Shown: positions 48,000-58,788, numbered from the stretch's first letter. The stretch: DNA of 64,000 bases from an uncultured Ralstonia sp. (GCA_963512445.1 CAUPMS010000004.1:53123-117122); one strand, 5' to 3'. Program-made: numbers and translations. The notes: generated by a model not told the origin, from the letters alone.

Positions 48000-48971
48000 T
48001 CAAAGCTTGTCCATGGCAATGCCCTTATCGCTGACCCGGAAGCGCATCATGTCCTCGCCAACCACCAACGGACCTTCGTAGGTTTTGCGTGTCTCGCTGA
48101 TCAGTTGCTCAGCCACACTGCCCTTGAAATTGCCGGGCGCGACAATGTGGCTGTATACCGCGAGCTGGGGCTTTGCAATCGTGAAAAGCCTGCCCGCGTC
48201 TTCCGCCGTGATGTGGTGGTCCAGCACGGCACGGTAGAACGGTTCGGAGGCCACCAAGGTGTCGGCTCCACCGCCAACGGTGGCGACCTCGTGGATCAAC
48301 AGGTCGGCTCCAGCCCCCTCCTGCTCGACCGTCTTGGCGTAGCGCGTGTCGCCGGACAGGACGATCTTGTGCCCCTTGTACTCGATCTTGTAGCCATAGG
48401 CCGGCTTGATCAGCTCGCCATGGAAGACCGGGAAGGCGGTCACCCGGACACCACCGACGTTGTAGACAACGCCCGTGCCGATGTCGTGCGCCTCGATTTG
48501 CGCGGCGTCCAGGCTTTCGTGTTCGTCCGCGTGACGGATGCGGCGGTCTTCCTCGAAGGCGTCGTACAGATGCTGCATCATTGCCTGTGTGCCTTTGGGC
48601 CCGTAGACGACGAAGGGCTTCACGCGGTTGGCGTAGGGCGCGCCGATCCAGCCAGACAGGTACAGATCAGGTAGCCCGTTGATGTGGTCCGAGTGCAGAT
48701 GGGTGATGAAGTGCGCCGTGATGGCGCCCAGCGGGATGTGGGCGCGCGAAAGCGCCACCGTGTTGTTGCGGCCCATGTCGAACATCAGCTTCTGGCCAGC
48801 GACTTCAACCAGCGTGCTCGGCCCGTTCCGCTCGGTGGACGGGCGCGGCGAGCCCGTCCCCAGCAGGGTGACGCTGAACAACTCTTCTGCGCTGGCGGGC
48901 GCGCATGCTACCGCAGCGGTGAGTGCAGCGACGCACAGCGTGAGGCCTGCGTGGCGGAAAATCGTCTTCAT
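48000..48971 (-). CDS. Exported MBL-fold metallo-hydrolase (RNase Z/AtsA-like)
   Basis: Sec signal ending ASA-EE, LLGTGSP, THLHSDH, SGDT, LIHE, HH and YSH. Confidence 0.88.
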   Translation of the reverse strand: MKTIFRHAGLTLCVAALTAAVACAPASAEELFSVTLLGTGSPRPSTERNGPSTLVEVAGQKLMFDMGRNNTVALSRAHIPLGAITAHFITHLHSDHINGLPDLYLSGWIGAPYANRVKPFVVYGPKGTQAMMQHLYDAFEEDRRIRHADEHESLDAAQIEAHDIGTGVVYNVGGVRVTAFPVFHGELIKPAYGYKIEYKGHKIVLSGDTRYAKTVEQEGAGADLLIHEVATVGGGADTLVASEPFYRAVLDHHITAEDAGRLFTIAKPQLAVYSHIVAPGNFKGSVAEQLISETRKTYEGPLVVGEDMMRFRVSDKGIAMDKL

Positions 48972-49174
48972 TGGAATGCTCCTCCTTGGGGCTTGTCGCA
49001 TCGCCCCTCGTCTTTGGTTGGGGAGCGGGGGCGATGGCAAGCGGTTCTCGAATCGCCCGATGCTGGCGTTGGCACAGCCCGGGGCTGCGAGCATTGTGGC
49101 GCGGCCGGATGCGCAATTTCATGATAGATATCGGGCAATCTATACAGTCAGATGCATAAATCGAGGCGGTGGCG

Positions 49175-50191
49175 ATGACACAAACACGGGGCCGGAGCGG
49201 GCGCAGTGACCCAGGCAGAAGCGCGATCTCGCCAGCCGCGCCGGCCGGCGCCGCCGAAGCCTTACCGAACGCCTTGCGCCGCCTGCGCTTGCGCGAGCTG
49301 GAAATGCTGGACCTGCTCGGGCGCACCCTCAGTTTCAGCCAGACCGCCGAGGCCGCAGCGCTGTCGCAGCCTGCGCTGTCCAAATGGCTGCGCGAACTGG
49401 AACAAGAGCTGGGTGTCGTGCTCTTCGTCCGCACCACGCGCCGCGTCGCTCCCACCGTGTACGGCGAAACGGTACTGGCGAGCATCGAGCGCATTCTGGC
49501 CGACCTCGGCCGGCTGCCTGCAGCGTTGGGGGCGCTCCGGCAAGGCATGGGGGTGCCTGTTTCCATTGGCTTTCTGCCAGGCATTGCGGCGGTGCTGCTG
49601 CCGCAGGCGATCGAAACGCTGCACCGCGACGGCAGCGCGATCCTCCTGCAGATGCGCGAGGGCACGCTCGACCAGTTGCTGCCGGCAATGCAACGGCGCG
49701 AGCTCGACCTGCTGGTGTGTCGACTGGAAGCGACGGCCATGCAATCCGGGCTGGTCGCGCAAGGGCTGTACCGAGACGAAGTTCGCGTCGTCGCGACTCG
49801 CCGTCATCCCTTGAACGGGCGGCGCAAGATCACGTGGCAGGATGCTGCGCAGTACCCGTGGATCGCGCCGGCATCCGGCACGCCGATGCGCCGGGCGATC
49901 GAGGCCGAGTTCGCGCTGGCCGGACTGTCCATGCCCCGGGTCGTGCTGGAGTCGTTGTCCTTACCGACGAATCTTGCCGTGGCGGATCGCCTGAACGGGC
50001 TATTCGTCTCCTCGCTCCAAAGCGCGAGCCGCGCGCTGGACGGCGATCAGTTTTGTTTCCTGCCGCTCAAGGTGTCGAATGTGGCACCGGTGGTCGGTTT
50101 GCTGCATACCGCCCCTGCAGGCGCGCCGGTAGAGGCAGTCATCCGCGCCTTGCGCAATGCGGCCGCCACGCTCGGTACACCGTGCGCGTGA
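49175..50191 (+). CDS. LysR family transcriptional regulator, divergent from the MBL hydrolase
   Basis: LSQPALSKWLRELEQELGVVLFVRTTR HTH; start uncertain. Confidence 0.9.
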   Translation: MTQTRGRSGRSDPGRSAISPAAPAGAAEALPNALRRLRLRELEMLDLLGRTLSFSQTAEAAALSQPALSKWLRELEQELGVVLFVRTTRRVAPTVYGETVLASIERILADLGRLPAALGALRQGMGVPVSIGFLPGIAAVLLPQAIETLHRDGSAILLQMREGTLDQLLPAMQRRELDLLVCRLEATAMQSGLVAQGLYRDEVRVVATRRHPLNGRRKITWQDAAQYPWIAPASGTPMRRAIEAEFALAGLSMPRVVLESLSLPTNLAVADRLNGLFVSSLQSASRALDGDQFCFLPLKVSNVAPVVGLLHTAPAGAPVEAVIRALRNAAATLGTPCA

Positions 50192-50276
50192 AACATCCGT
50201 CTCGTCGCCAACGGCATCGCAGCATGGGGCACGGCGTCTCGTCAACCGCTGTTGCCGAGCGGATATCCCAACACCA

Positions 50277-51560
50277 TCACATCATGCCCAGCGCCTTGGG
50301 GAGCCAGAGCGAAAGGATGGGCATGTACGTCGCCATCACCAGGAATACGATCATCGTCAGCAGCCACGGCCAGACAGCCACCGTCAACTCGGTAATGCCC
50401 ATGCGCGTGATGCCGCTGGTGACATAGAGATTGAGCCCGACCGGTGGATGACACAGGCCAACTTCCATGTTGATGATGATCATGATGCCGAAATGGACGG
50501 GGTCGATACCCAGCTTGACCGCCACCGGAAACAGGATCGGCGCCATGATGAGCACGATTGAAGACGGCTCCATCACGTTGCCGGCAATCAGCAGCAGCAC
50601 ATTGACCATCAGCAGGAACGTGACGGGTCCCAGCCCCATGTGCAGCAACCATTCCGCCATCTGCTGCGGAATGTTCTCCGAGGTCATCAGGAACGAGAAC
50701 AGCACAGCGTTGGTGATGATGTACAGGATCATCGCGCTCAGGTTGGCCGATGCGAGCAGGACTTTCGGCACATCCTTGAGTCTCATGTCCTTGTAGACGA
50801 ACACGGCCACGAAGAACGCGTAGACCGCACTCATTGCCGCTGCCTCAGTGGCCGTGAAGATGCCCGAATAGATGCCGCCGATCACCACGACAACCAGGAA
50901 CAAGCCCCAGATGCTCTCGCGGAAAGCGTTGAAACGCTCGCCCCAGGTGGCCTTGGGCATGCGCGGATAGTCGTTCTTCCTGGCGATGTGCGACGTGGTG
51001 ACGGCCAGCATCGCGGTCAGGATCAACCCCGGAATCACACCCGCGACGAACAGTGCCCCGATCGACGTGTTGGTCGACACCGCATAGATGACCTTGACGA
51101 TCGAAGGCAGCATCAGGATGCCGAGCGCGCCCGATGTCGCGATCACGCCGGCGCCAAATTTGCGGGGAAAGCCCTGCTGCTCCATCGCCGGCAGCACGAC
51201 CGAGCCGATGGCCACGACCGTCGCCGGGCTGGAACCGCAGATGGCGGCAAACAGCGCGCAGGCGACCACGCCCGCCAGCCCCAGGCCGCCATGCCAGCGA
51301 CCGATCATGGAGGTGGCAAAGGCGATCATGCGCCGTGCCACTCCGCCGTGTGTCAGGAAGTTGCCCGCCAGGATGAAGAACGGGATCGCCATGATCTCGA
51401 ACTTCTCGATCCCGGTGAACAACTTGAGTGCCACCGATTCAATCGGCACGTGCGTCATGGTGAACAGATACGTCAGCACCGTGAGGCCGAGCGAGATCGA
51501 GATCGGCATGCCCGTGATCATCAGCAGGATCAGCAGGCCAAAAATGATGTATGCGCTCAT
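50277..51560 (-). CDS. dctM: TRAP transporter large permease
   Basis: AIPFFILAG, AICGSS and GIFTATEAAA. Confidence 0.95.
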   Translation of the reverse strand: MSAYIIFGLLILLMITGMPISISLGLTVLTYLFTMTHVPIESVALKLFTGIEKFEIMAIPFFILAGNFLTHGGVARRMIAFATSMIGRWHGGLGLAGVVACALFAAICGSSPATVVAIGSVVLPAMEQQGFPRKFGAGVIATSGALGILMLPSIVKVIYAVSTNTSIGALFVAGVIPGLILTAMLAVTTSHIARKNDYPRMPKATWGERFNAFRESIWGLFLVVVVIGGIYSGIFTATEAAAMSAVYAFFVAVFVYKDMRLKDVPKVLLASANLSAMILYIITNAVLFSFLMTSENIPQQMAEWLLHMGLGPVTFLLMVNVLLLIAGNVMEPSSIVLIMAPILFPVAVKLGIDPVHFGIMIIINMEVGLCHPPVGLNLYVTSGITRMGITELTVAVWPWLLTMIVFLVMATYMPILSLWLPKALGMM

Positions 51561-52147
51561 TGCCGTGCCTCGTGGCTCAGGTCATGCGGGTGGAGGTCTG
51601 GCGCGGCGGCTTCGTCCACACCCTCGACATGCGCAATGTCGTGATGCGGCAGCTTGCCGGTGCGCACAAAGTTCCAGGCCACTTGCAGAAAGCGGAAGCA
51701 CATCAGGTACGAGCCGCACGGAATGGCCAGGTAGACCAGCCACATTGGCGCTTCAAGGTCCGGCGACACCTGATCCGTGTGCGCGATCTCCCAGACGAAG
51801 CGCGCACCCATGGTGCCGACGATGCCGGTGAACAACGCGCCGGCCAGCAACCCGAATACGACAAAGCCGCCGCGCAGGCGGTCGCCGAACCGGTTGATCA
51901 GCACGTCCACGCCCACGTGGATGCCGGTGCGCACGCCGTAGGCGGCGCCGAACTTCGCCATCCAGATGAACATGTAGATGCACAGCTCCTGCGCCCAACT
52001 CATGTCGATCTGGAGCAGGTAATCCTGCAGGACGGGAATGCCTGAGGCATAGCGGTGCACCACGGCAACGAAGATCACCAGCGTTGCCGCCCCGATGAGG
52101 AAGGCGATCAGCCACTCCTCGAGGTGATCGAGAATTTTGAGGATCAT
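51557..52147 (-). CDS. dctQ: TRAP transporter small permease
   Basis: WAQELCIYMFIWMAKFGAAYGVRTGIHVGVD; 4 TM. Confidence 0.93.
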   Translation of the reverse strand: MILKILDHLEEWLIAFLIGAATLVIFVAVVHRYASGIPVLQDYLLQIDMSWAQELCIYMFIWMAKFGAAYGVRTGIHVGVDVLINRFGDRLRGGFVVFGLLAGALFTGIVGTMGARFVWEIAHTDQVSPDLEAPMWLVYLAIPCGSYLMCFRFLQVAWNFVRTGKLPHHDIAHVEGVDEAAAPDLHPHDLSHEARQ

Positions 52148-52274
52148 AGGACCTGCCCGGTCTTGGGGTCTGTTCGCGCGGGGAACGTGCGTACGTTCCC
52201 AATATGAGCAGACCTGGTGAATGCGCAATCAGATGGCCGCCGCAGCATGACCGCCGCGGCCAGCACCGGCCGGA

Positions 52275-53285
52275 TTACGGCTTGGCGAGGTCGAAGCCCG
52301 TCGCCTTGTAGATGGCCTCGATCGTGTCCTTGCCGACACGGCTCTCCTGCTGGTGATGCACCTTGACCAGCGCCTGCTTCCATTGGGTGCGTTCCGCCGG
52401 AGTGAGCGCGATGATCTGCGTCTTGCCCGTCGCCTTGATCTTGTCCAGCGTGTCGTCGTTCTCCTTCTTGGCAATGTCGTCGGCATAGGTGGTGGCATCG
52501 CGCATCGCGCCTTCGAGCGTGCTGCGGATATCCGGCGGCAGGCCATCCCAGAACTTCTTGTTGACGATCACCGCGTAGCCGATATAGCCGTGGTTGGACG
52601 CCGTCAGGTACTTCTGCACCTCGTTCATGCGCTGCGTGAGGATGTTCGAGGTGGTGTTCTCGGTACCGTCGACCACGCCGGTCTGCAGGCCCTGATACAC
52701 CTCCGAAAACGCCATGACCTGCGGAATCGCGCCCAGCGCGCGGAACTGCGAATCCAGCACCTTGGACGACTGGATTCGGAACTTCAGGCCCTTGAAGTCG
52801 GCCGGCACGCGCAGCGGCTTGTTTGCAGTCATGACCTTGAAGCCGTTATCCCAGTACGCCAGCCCGGTAATGCCCTTGCTTTGCAGCTTGTCGAGCAACT
52901 GCTTGCCGACCGGGCCCTGCGTCACCTTGTGCAGCTCCGCATAGTCGGAGAACAGGTACGGCAGATCGAACGCCTCGAATTCGCGCACGCCCAGCGGGCC
53001 GAACTTTGCCAGCGACGGCGCCAGCATCTGCACCGAGCCGAGCTGCAGCGCCTGCAGCTCCTCCCCGTCCTTATACAGGGTGCTGTTCGGATAGACCTCG
53101 ACCTTGACGCGGCCCTTGGTACGTTCTTCCGCGAGCTTCTTGAAATACTCGGCGCCCAGCCCCTTGGGCGTGTCATGCGCCACCACGTGGCTGAACTTGA
53201 TGACGATCGGCTGCTGTTGGGCGGGGGCTGCGCTGCTGGCCAGCAGCGCCATGGCGCCAAATAGTGTTGTCAGGGTTTTCTTCAT
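52275..53285 (-). CDS. dctP: TRAP dicarboxylate-binding periplasmic protein
   Basis: Signal peptide, IKFSHVVA..TPKG, WDNGFK, KFRIQSS and VVDGTEN. Confidence 0.95.
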   Translation of the reverse strand: MKKTLTTLFGAMALLASSAAPAQQQPIVIKFSHVVAHDTPKGLGAEYFKKLAEERTKGRVKVEVYPNSTLYKDGEELQALQLGSVQMLAPSLAKFGPLGVREFEAFDLPYLFSDYAELHKVTQGPVGKQLLDKLQSKGITGLAYWDNGFKVMTANKPLRVPADFKGLKFRIQSSKVLDSQFRALGAIPQVMAFSEVYQGLQTGVVDGTENTTSNILTQRMNEVQKYLTASNHGYIGYAVIVNKKFWDGLPPDIRSTLEGAMRDATTYADDIAKKENDDTLDKIKATGKTQIIALTPAERTQWKQALVKVHHQQESRVGKDTIEAIYKATGFDLAKP

Positions 53286-53309
53286 TGTCTCCTCCACGTT
53301 GTGCAGTCG

Positions 53310-54116
53310 TTACGATGGACTGCTCGATAAAATCCTCTGCGCCTTGCGTATCACGGGCAGATCCACCATCTTCCCGTCCACTGCGACTGCCGCCCCGCGT
53401 GCGGCGTCGGCCGCTGCAACGATACGCCTGGCCCAGGTAACGTCTTGTTCGGAAGGGCTGAGTGCAGCATGCACGCAGCCGACCTGCCGAGGATGGATGC
53501 ACAGCTTTGCCCCGAACCCGAGGCGGCGCGCACGCAGCGTATCGGCGCGCAGTTGTTCGGCGTCGTCAAGGGCGGTGCTCACACCGTCGACAGGCGACGG
53601 CAGCCCCGCCACGCGGGACACCAGCACGAGATGCGAACGGTAGTACAGCAGGTCGTCTTCATCGGCATCCATATCGAGATCGACCTGCAGGTCGATCGAG
53701 CCAAACATGAGCCGCTGCACGCCGGGTGTCTGCGCCAGCGCGCGCGCATTCCAGATGCCCTGCGCGGTCTCGATGAGCGGGAAGATTGCCGTGCCAGCAG
53801 ATGTGCATCGATCCAGGATCGGCCCGTCAAGCGTCTCGGCCTTCGGCAGCACAATGCCGGCCACGCCCGGCGCGCTACACAAGCGCAGATCCTCTTCGAA
53901 TGCCTCGCTGCCGGCACTGTTGATGCGAACCAGCACCGGACGCTCGGGTGACAACCATGCCGTGAGCGCGTCGCGCGCGGCGGCCTTGTCCTGCGGCGGC
54001 ACGGCGTCTTCCAGATCGACAATGACCGCGTCCGCTCCGGCGCCAACCGCCTTGTCGAAGCGATCCGGCCGATGCCCGGGAACGAACAGGTAGGAGCGCG
54101 CAGTCTGCGGGGTCAT
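53310..54116 (-). CDS. ccl: CitE-family CoA-ester lyase, probable (S)-citramalyl-CoA lyase
   Basis: RSYLFVPG, DLEDAV, LIETA and KLCIHP; itaconate-cluster context. Confidence 0.82.
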   Translation of the reverse strand: MTPQTARSYLFVPGHRPDRFDKAVGAGADAVIVDLEDAVPPQDKAAARDALTAWLSPERPVLVRINSAGSEAFEEDLRLCSAPGVAGIVLPKAETLDGPILDRCTSAGTAIFPLIETAQGIWNARALAQTPGVQRLMFGSIDLQVDLDMDADEDDLLYYRSHLVLVSRVAGLPSPVDGVSTALDDAEQLRADTLRARRLGFGAKLCIHPRQVGCVHAALSPSEQDVTWARRIVAAADAARGAAVAVDGKMVDLPVIRKAQRILSSSPS

Positions 54117-54123
54117 GACGCAC

Positions 54124-55488
54124 TCACGTATGGGACGGCATCAGCCGGCCGATGCGCTCGGCCCCGGCGAGACTCCGGATCGATGCAAGCACGGTCCGCA
54201 TTTGCGCCGCATCGGCGGCTTGGCTGAACGCCGCCAGACGCACCGCCTTGTCTTCCAGCTCGCTGCGCGACAGCGTATTGCCAGGATCGCCCTTCGGCTC
54301 GTCGACACGGCCATGCAAGCGTCGCCCATCCGTGGTCAGCACCGTCACCTTGCCTATCCAGCGCGCCGGATAGGCTTGATCAACCTCGGCATCCAGCTCC
54401 ATCACGACCTTGTCGCGCAACGCCACAACCTCCGCATCGTTGAACCTGGACGCGAACTCGTCGACACCAGCGCGCCGAAGGTGCGCGATCAGCCCGAGCA
54501 CCGTGCCCATCGAGAACTTCGCCTGATGGACAGTCTGCGGGTCTACCACCGGCCCCAGCACGTCGATTGCGCCCTGGTGGACATGCGCCGTGACGCAATC
54601 AATCTGCGCGGGCGAGAGCCCATGTGCCTCCACCACCTGCAGCAGCGCATCGGCCGCCGGATGGGTATGGCGACATGAGGCGTGGTATTTGAACGAGGTC
54701 TCGGCGAGGGCCCAGCGTTGGCCAAGGCGGTCGGTCAGGCGCGCCGGATCCGCGTCCTGCGACATGCCGGCAGCCATTCCCTGCTCGCCTTCGAGAATGC
54801 GTCGCGCACCAGTGAAACCATCGCGCGCCAGGTAGGCGGCCGACAAACCACAGGCAGCAGCATGCGCGGTGTGCAATTGCTTGGAGTCGGCCGCATCGCG
54901 CAGAAATTCCCACAAACCCGCCGACTGAGTACCGGCTGACCCGAACGCATCGAGCATCTGGGTGGGCGAAAGCCCCAGCAGACGTCCGGCCGCGGCGGCA
55001 GCCGCGAGCGTGCCCGCAGTGCCCGTGGTGTGAAACACCTTGTAGTGCGAACGGCCAAGACACTCGCCGACACGGATGCCGACCTCATAGCCGGCAACCG
55101 CCGCCGTCAACAGATCGCGGCCGGCGCACCCCAGCGCCTGCGCCACCGCCAGCGCGGCCGGAAACACCACCGTCGCAGGGTGGAACACCGAGCCGTTGTG
55201 AACGTCGTCCTGCTCGGCGAAGTGCGAGGCAGCCGCATTGACCAGCGCGGCAAACAGCGGCGAGGTCGATCGGCGCGAGATCAGCACTTCGGCCGATCCG
55301 CTGTCCGGGCCCATCGCGCGGGCAAAACGCTCCAGCGTCTCGACCGGCCGCGCACCCTTGCCGGCAAGGCAGGAGCCGACCCAGTCAAGGAACAGTTCTT
55401 CGGCGCGCAGCACGACCGGCGCGGGAATGTCGCCGAAACGCAGCGTCGAAGCAAACGTTGCGAGGGCTTGGCTCGGGTGGTCAGTCAT
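54124..55488 (-). CDS. MmgE/PrpD family protein
   Basis: SHFAEQDDVH, FHP, FHTTGT, KYHASCRHTH and PKGDP. Confidence 0.92.
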   Translation of the reverse strand: MTDHPSQALATFASTLRFGDIPAPVVLRAEELFLDWVGSCLAGKGARPVETLERFARAMGPDSGSAEVLISRRSTSPLFAALVNAAASHFAEQDDVHNGSVFHPATVVFPAALAVAQALGCAGRDLLTAAVAGYEVGIRVGECLGRSHYKVFHTTGTAGTLAAAAAAGRLLGLSPTQMLDAFGSAGTQSAGLWEFLRDAADSKQLHTAHAAACGLSAAYLARDGFTGARRILEGEQGMAAGMSQDADPARLTDRLGQRWALAETSFKYHASCRHTHPAADALLQVVEAHGLSPAQIDCVTAHVHQGAIDVLGPVVDPQTVHQAKFSMGTVLGLIAHLRRAGVDEFASRFNDAEVVALRDKVVMELDAEVDQAYPARWIGKVTVLTTDGRRLHGRVDEPKGDPGNTLSRSELEDKAVRLAAFSQAADAAQMRTVLASIRSLAGAERIGRLMPSHT

Positions 55489-55516
55489 GGGGGGGTGTCC
55501 TTGCGTCCCGTTGTAT

Positions 55517-56695
55517 TCAGATGGCCTGTTCCGCACGCAGGCGGTCAATCGCCTCCTGGCTGTATCCAAGCGCGACCATGATGGCCTCGGTATGCTCCCC
55601 AAGCGCGGGAATCGGGTCGAAGCGCGGCACGATCGCGTCCGGTATGCCCGGTGGCCGCAACGCAGGAATCTCTCCCGCCGGGGTCTTCACATTGGCCCAG
55701 CGGTGACGCGCCTTGAGTTGAGGGTGCTGCCAGACGTCCTGCATCGTGTTCACGTGTGCATTGGCGATCTGCGCCTGGTCGAGCCGTTCGATGAGCTGCT
55801 CTGCATTGAGCCCGGAAAACGCCGCGTCAATGATCGCGCGCAATTCCTCTCGCGCAACCGTGCGCCGGGAATTGGATGAGAAGCGCGGGTCCGTCGCCAG
55901 CGCCGGCTGCTGTAGCACCTTCGCGCAAAACGCCTCCCACTCGCGCTCGTTCTGCAACCCCAGGATCACGGTCTTGCCATCGCCCGCAACAAACGGGCCG
56001 TACGGATAGATCGTGGCGTGCGCCGCCCCCGCGCGCTGCGGCGGCTGGGCGCCGTCAAACGTGTAATACAGCGGAAAGCTCATCCACTCGGCCATGCACT
56101 CGAGCATCGAGACATCGATGCGGCAGCCCTCCCCGGTTTTGCCGCGCGCGATCAGCGCGGACAGGATATTGCTGTATGCATACATGCCGGCCGAGATGTC
56201 AGCGATCGAACAGCCCGCCTTGGCCGGTTCCTGCTGCGTGCCGGTGACCGACAGGAAACCCGACTCGGCCTGAATCAGCAGGTCGTAGGCCTTCTTGTCA
56301 CGATACGGGCCATCTGCGCCGTAGCCCGAGATGTCGCACACGATCAGGCGGGGAAATCGTTCATGCAAGGCTTCGAACGACAACCCAAGACGCGCGGCCG
56401 CGCCTGGCGCGAGGTTTTGCACCAGCACGTCCGCCTGCGCAAGCAACTGGATGAGCACGTCTTGTGCTTCCGGATGCTTGACGTCGAGCGTCAGGCTTTC
56501 TTTCGAACGGTTGGTCCACACGAAATGGGATGCCAGGCCGCGCACGCGTTCGTCATAGGCGCGTGCGAAATCGCCCACACCGGGCCGCTCGATCTTGATC
56601 ACGCGCGCGCCAAGATCGGCCAACTGGCGCGTACAGAACGGCGCGGCAATCGCATGTTCGAGCGTCACGACAGTAATGCCGTCAAGAGGAAGCAT
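55517..56695 (-). CDS. ict: CaiB/BaiF family III CoA-transferase, probable itaconate CoA-transferase
   Basis: HAIAAPFCTRQLADLGARVIKIE, NRSKES, KKAYD and IAD. Confidence 0.82.
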   Translation of the reverse strand: MLPLDGITVVTLEHAIAAPFCTRQLADLGARVIKIERPGVGDFARAYDERVRGLASHFVWTNRSKESLTLDVKHPEAQDVLIQLLAQADVLVQNLAPGAAARLGLSFEALHERFPRLIVCDISGYGADGPYRDKKAYDLLIQAESGFLSVTGTQQEPAKAGCSIADISAGMYAYSNILSALIARGKTGEGCRIDVSMLECMAEWMSFPLYYTFDGAQPPQRAGAAHATIYPYGPFVAGDGKTVILGLQNEREWEAFCAKVLQQPALATDPRFSSNSRRTVAREELRAIIDAAFSGLNAEQLIERLDQAQIANAHVNTMQDVWQHPQLKARHRWANVKTPAGEIPALRPPGIPDAIVPRFDPIPALGEHTEAIMVALGYSQEAIDRLRAEQAI

Positions 56696-56722
56696 CGCTT
56701 GCTCCTTCAGAAATTCAGAAAA

Positions 56723-57877
56723 TCAGAACGAACGCGGCAGGCCGAGAACGTGCTCCGCCACGTACGACAGGATGAGGTTGGTCGAAATCGGCGCCACCTG
56801 ATACAGGCGCGTCTCCCGGAACTTGCGCTCGACGTCGTACTCGTTGGCGAAGCCGAAACCGCCGTGGAACTGCAGGCAGGCGTTGGCCGCCTCCCAGGAG
56901 GCATCGGCGGCCAGCAGCTTGGCCATGTTGGCCTGTGCGCCGCACGGCTGATGCGTGTCAAACAGCTCGCACGCATTGAAGCGCATCAGGTTGGCCGCTT
57001 CGATATTGATGTAGGCGCGCGCAATGGGAAATTGCACGCCCTGGTTCTGCCCGATGGGGCGCCCGAACACCACGCGTTCGTTGACGTATTTCGAGACCTT
57101 GTCGATGAACCAATAGCCGTCGCCAATGCATTCCGCGGCAATCAAAGTCCGCTCGGCATTCAGGCCGTCCAGGATGTACTTGAAACCGTTGCCCTCTTCA
57201 CCGATCAGGTTTTCCGCCGGAATCTCGAGGTTGTCGAAGAACAGTTCGTTGGTCTCGTGGTTGACCATGTTCGGAATCGGCCGCACCGTCAGCCCCTGGC
57301 CGATGGCCTGATGCAGATCGACCAGGAAGATCGACATGCCTTCCGACTTCTTCCTGACTTCAGACAGCGGCGTCGTGCGGGCCAGCAGGATCATCAGGTC
57401 CGAGTGCTGCACACGCGAGATCCACACCTTCTGGCCGTTCACCACGTAACGGTCGCCGTGCCGCACAGCGGTGGTCTTGAGCTGCGTGGTGTCGGTGCCG
57501 GTGGTCGGCTCGGTCACGCCCATCGATTGCAGGCGCAACTCGCCGCTGGCGATCTTCGGCAGATACGCGCGCTTCTGCTGCTCTGAACCGTGGCGCAGCA
57601 GCGTGCCCATGTTGTACATCTGGCCGTGGCAGGCGCCCGAGTTACCGCCAGCCCGGTTGATCTCTTCCATGATGACGGACGCCTCGGTCAGGCCAAGGCC
57701 GGAGCCGCCGTATTCCTGGGGGATCAGCGCCGCGAGCCAGCCCGCCTGCGTGAGCGCGTCAACAAACGCCTCGGGATAGCCGCGCGCCTCATCGATCCGG
57801 CGAAAGTATTCGGAGGGGAATTGCGCACACAGGTCACGTATGGCGTCACGGATGTCCTGGTACTTGTCGGCTGCCAT
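56723..57877 (-). CDS. Acyl-CoA dehydrogenase (methylsuccinyl-CoA dehydrogenase-like by context)
   Basis: SMGVTEPTTGTD, GQKVWISR, LNAER and FHGGFGFANEYDVER. Confidence 0.92.
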   Translation of the reverse strand: MAADKYQDIRDAIRDLCAQFPSEYFRRIDEARGYPEAFVDALTQAGWLAALIPQEYGGSGLGLTEASVIMEEINRAGGNSGACHGQMYNMGTLLRHGSEQQKRAYLPKIASGELRLQSMGVTEPTTGTDTTQLKTTAVRHGDRYVVNGQKVWISRVQHSDLMILLARTTPLSEVRKKSEGMSIFLVDLHQAIGQGLTVRPIPNMVNHETNELFFDNLEIPAENLIGEEGNGFKYILDGLNAERTLIAAECIGDGYWFIDKVSKYVNERVVFGRPIGQNQGVQFPIARAYINIEAANLMRFNACELFDTHQPCGAQANMAKLLAADASWEAANACLQFHGGFGFANEYDVERKFRETRLYQVAPISTNLILSYVAEHVLGLPRSF

Positions 57878-57933
57878 CAACACGGGGAGCTTCCTTTGGT
57901 GGATCGAGAAGAATCGAATTTGGGTGGGAGATG

Positions 57934-58788
57934 TCAGACCAGTGTGGCGGTCGCTTCCATGGCGAGCCAGCCGCTGGCGTCCTTGGCCCAGAGCTTGACG
58001 GTCTTGCCGTCGGCCTCGGGCTTGCCGCACACCGAAAACGGCGCGATATCAAAGAGCGGCCGGACGGCGCGAAACGCAAAGCCGGTCAGTTGCGCATCCG
58101 GCATGTGGCGGCGCAGCAGATCGACGAGCAACGTTGCGATCAGCGGTCCGTGCACGATCAGGCCCGGATAGCCCTCGACCTCGGTGACGTAGCGGCGGTC
58201 GTAGTGAATGCGGTGGCCGTTGAAGGTGAGCGCTGAATAGCGGAACAGCAAGACATCGTCCGGGTGGACAACGCGCTCCCACGCGGCATCGGTCGCAGCC
58301 GCCTTGGGGGCCGGAGCAGGATCGTCCGGCCTGGGGTTGTCCCGATAGACGATGTCGTGCTCTTCGGTCACGGCCAAGCCGTGCGCGTTACTGATCTCGT
58401 GCCGTACCAGCACGAAGACCAGGGCACCGGTGCGGCCGCTCTTGTGACTGACGTCGACAATGCGCGAGGTGCGCTCGATCTGCTCGCCCACACGCAGTGG
58501 CTGATGGAACCAGAGGCGGCCACCCGCCCACATGCGACGCGGCAATGCAACCGAAGGCAGGAAGCCGCCGCGCCTTGCGTGTCCGTCAGGTCCGATTTCC
58601 GATTGCTTGTGCAGCGGCAGAAAGTACAACCAGTGCCACAGTGGCGCGAGGGTGTCGCCGGCGCTCGGATACGGATCATCGCGATCCAGCGTGGCCGACA
58701 GGGCAGCCACCGGCACAGGAGCGATCTGGTCGCTACACGTTTCGGTGCGACCGATCCATGCCTGGAGCGCCTCTGCATCGGGGGTCAT
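57934..58788 (-). CDS. ich: Double hot-dog MaoC-family hydratase, probable itaconyl-CoA hydratase
   Basis: WHWLYF, RRMWAGG, FRYSALTFNGHRIHYD and VHGPL. Confidence 0.82.
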   Translation of the reverse strand: MTPDAEALQAWIGRTETCSDQIAPVPVAALSATLDRDDPYPSAGDTLAPLWHWLYFLPLHKQSEIGPDGHARRGGFLPSVALPRRMWAGGRLWFHQPLRVGEQIERTSRIVDVSHKSGRTGALVFVLVRHEISNAHGLAVTEEHDIVYRDNPRPDDPAPAPKAAATDAAWERVVHPDDVLLFRYSALTFNGHRIHYDRRYVTEVEGYPGLIVHGPLIATLLVDLLRRHMPDAQLTGFAFRAVRPLFDIAPFSVCGKPEADGKTVKLWAKDASGWLAMEATATLV

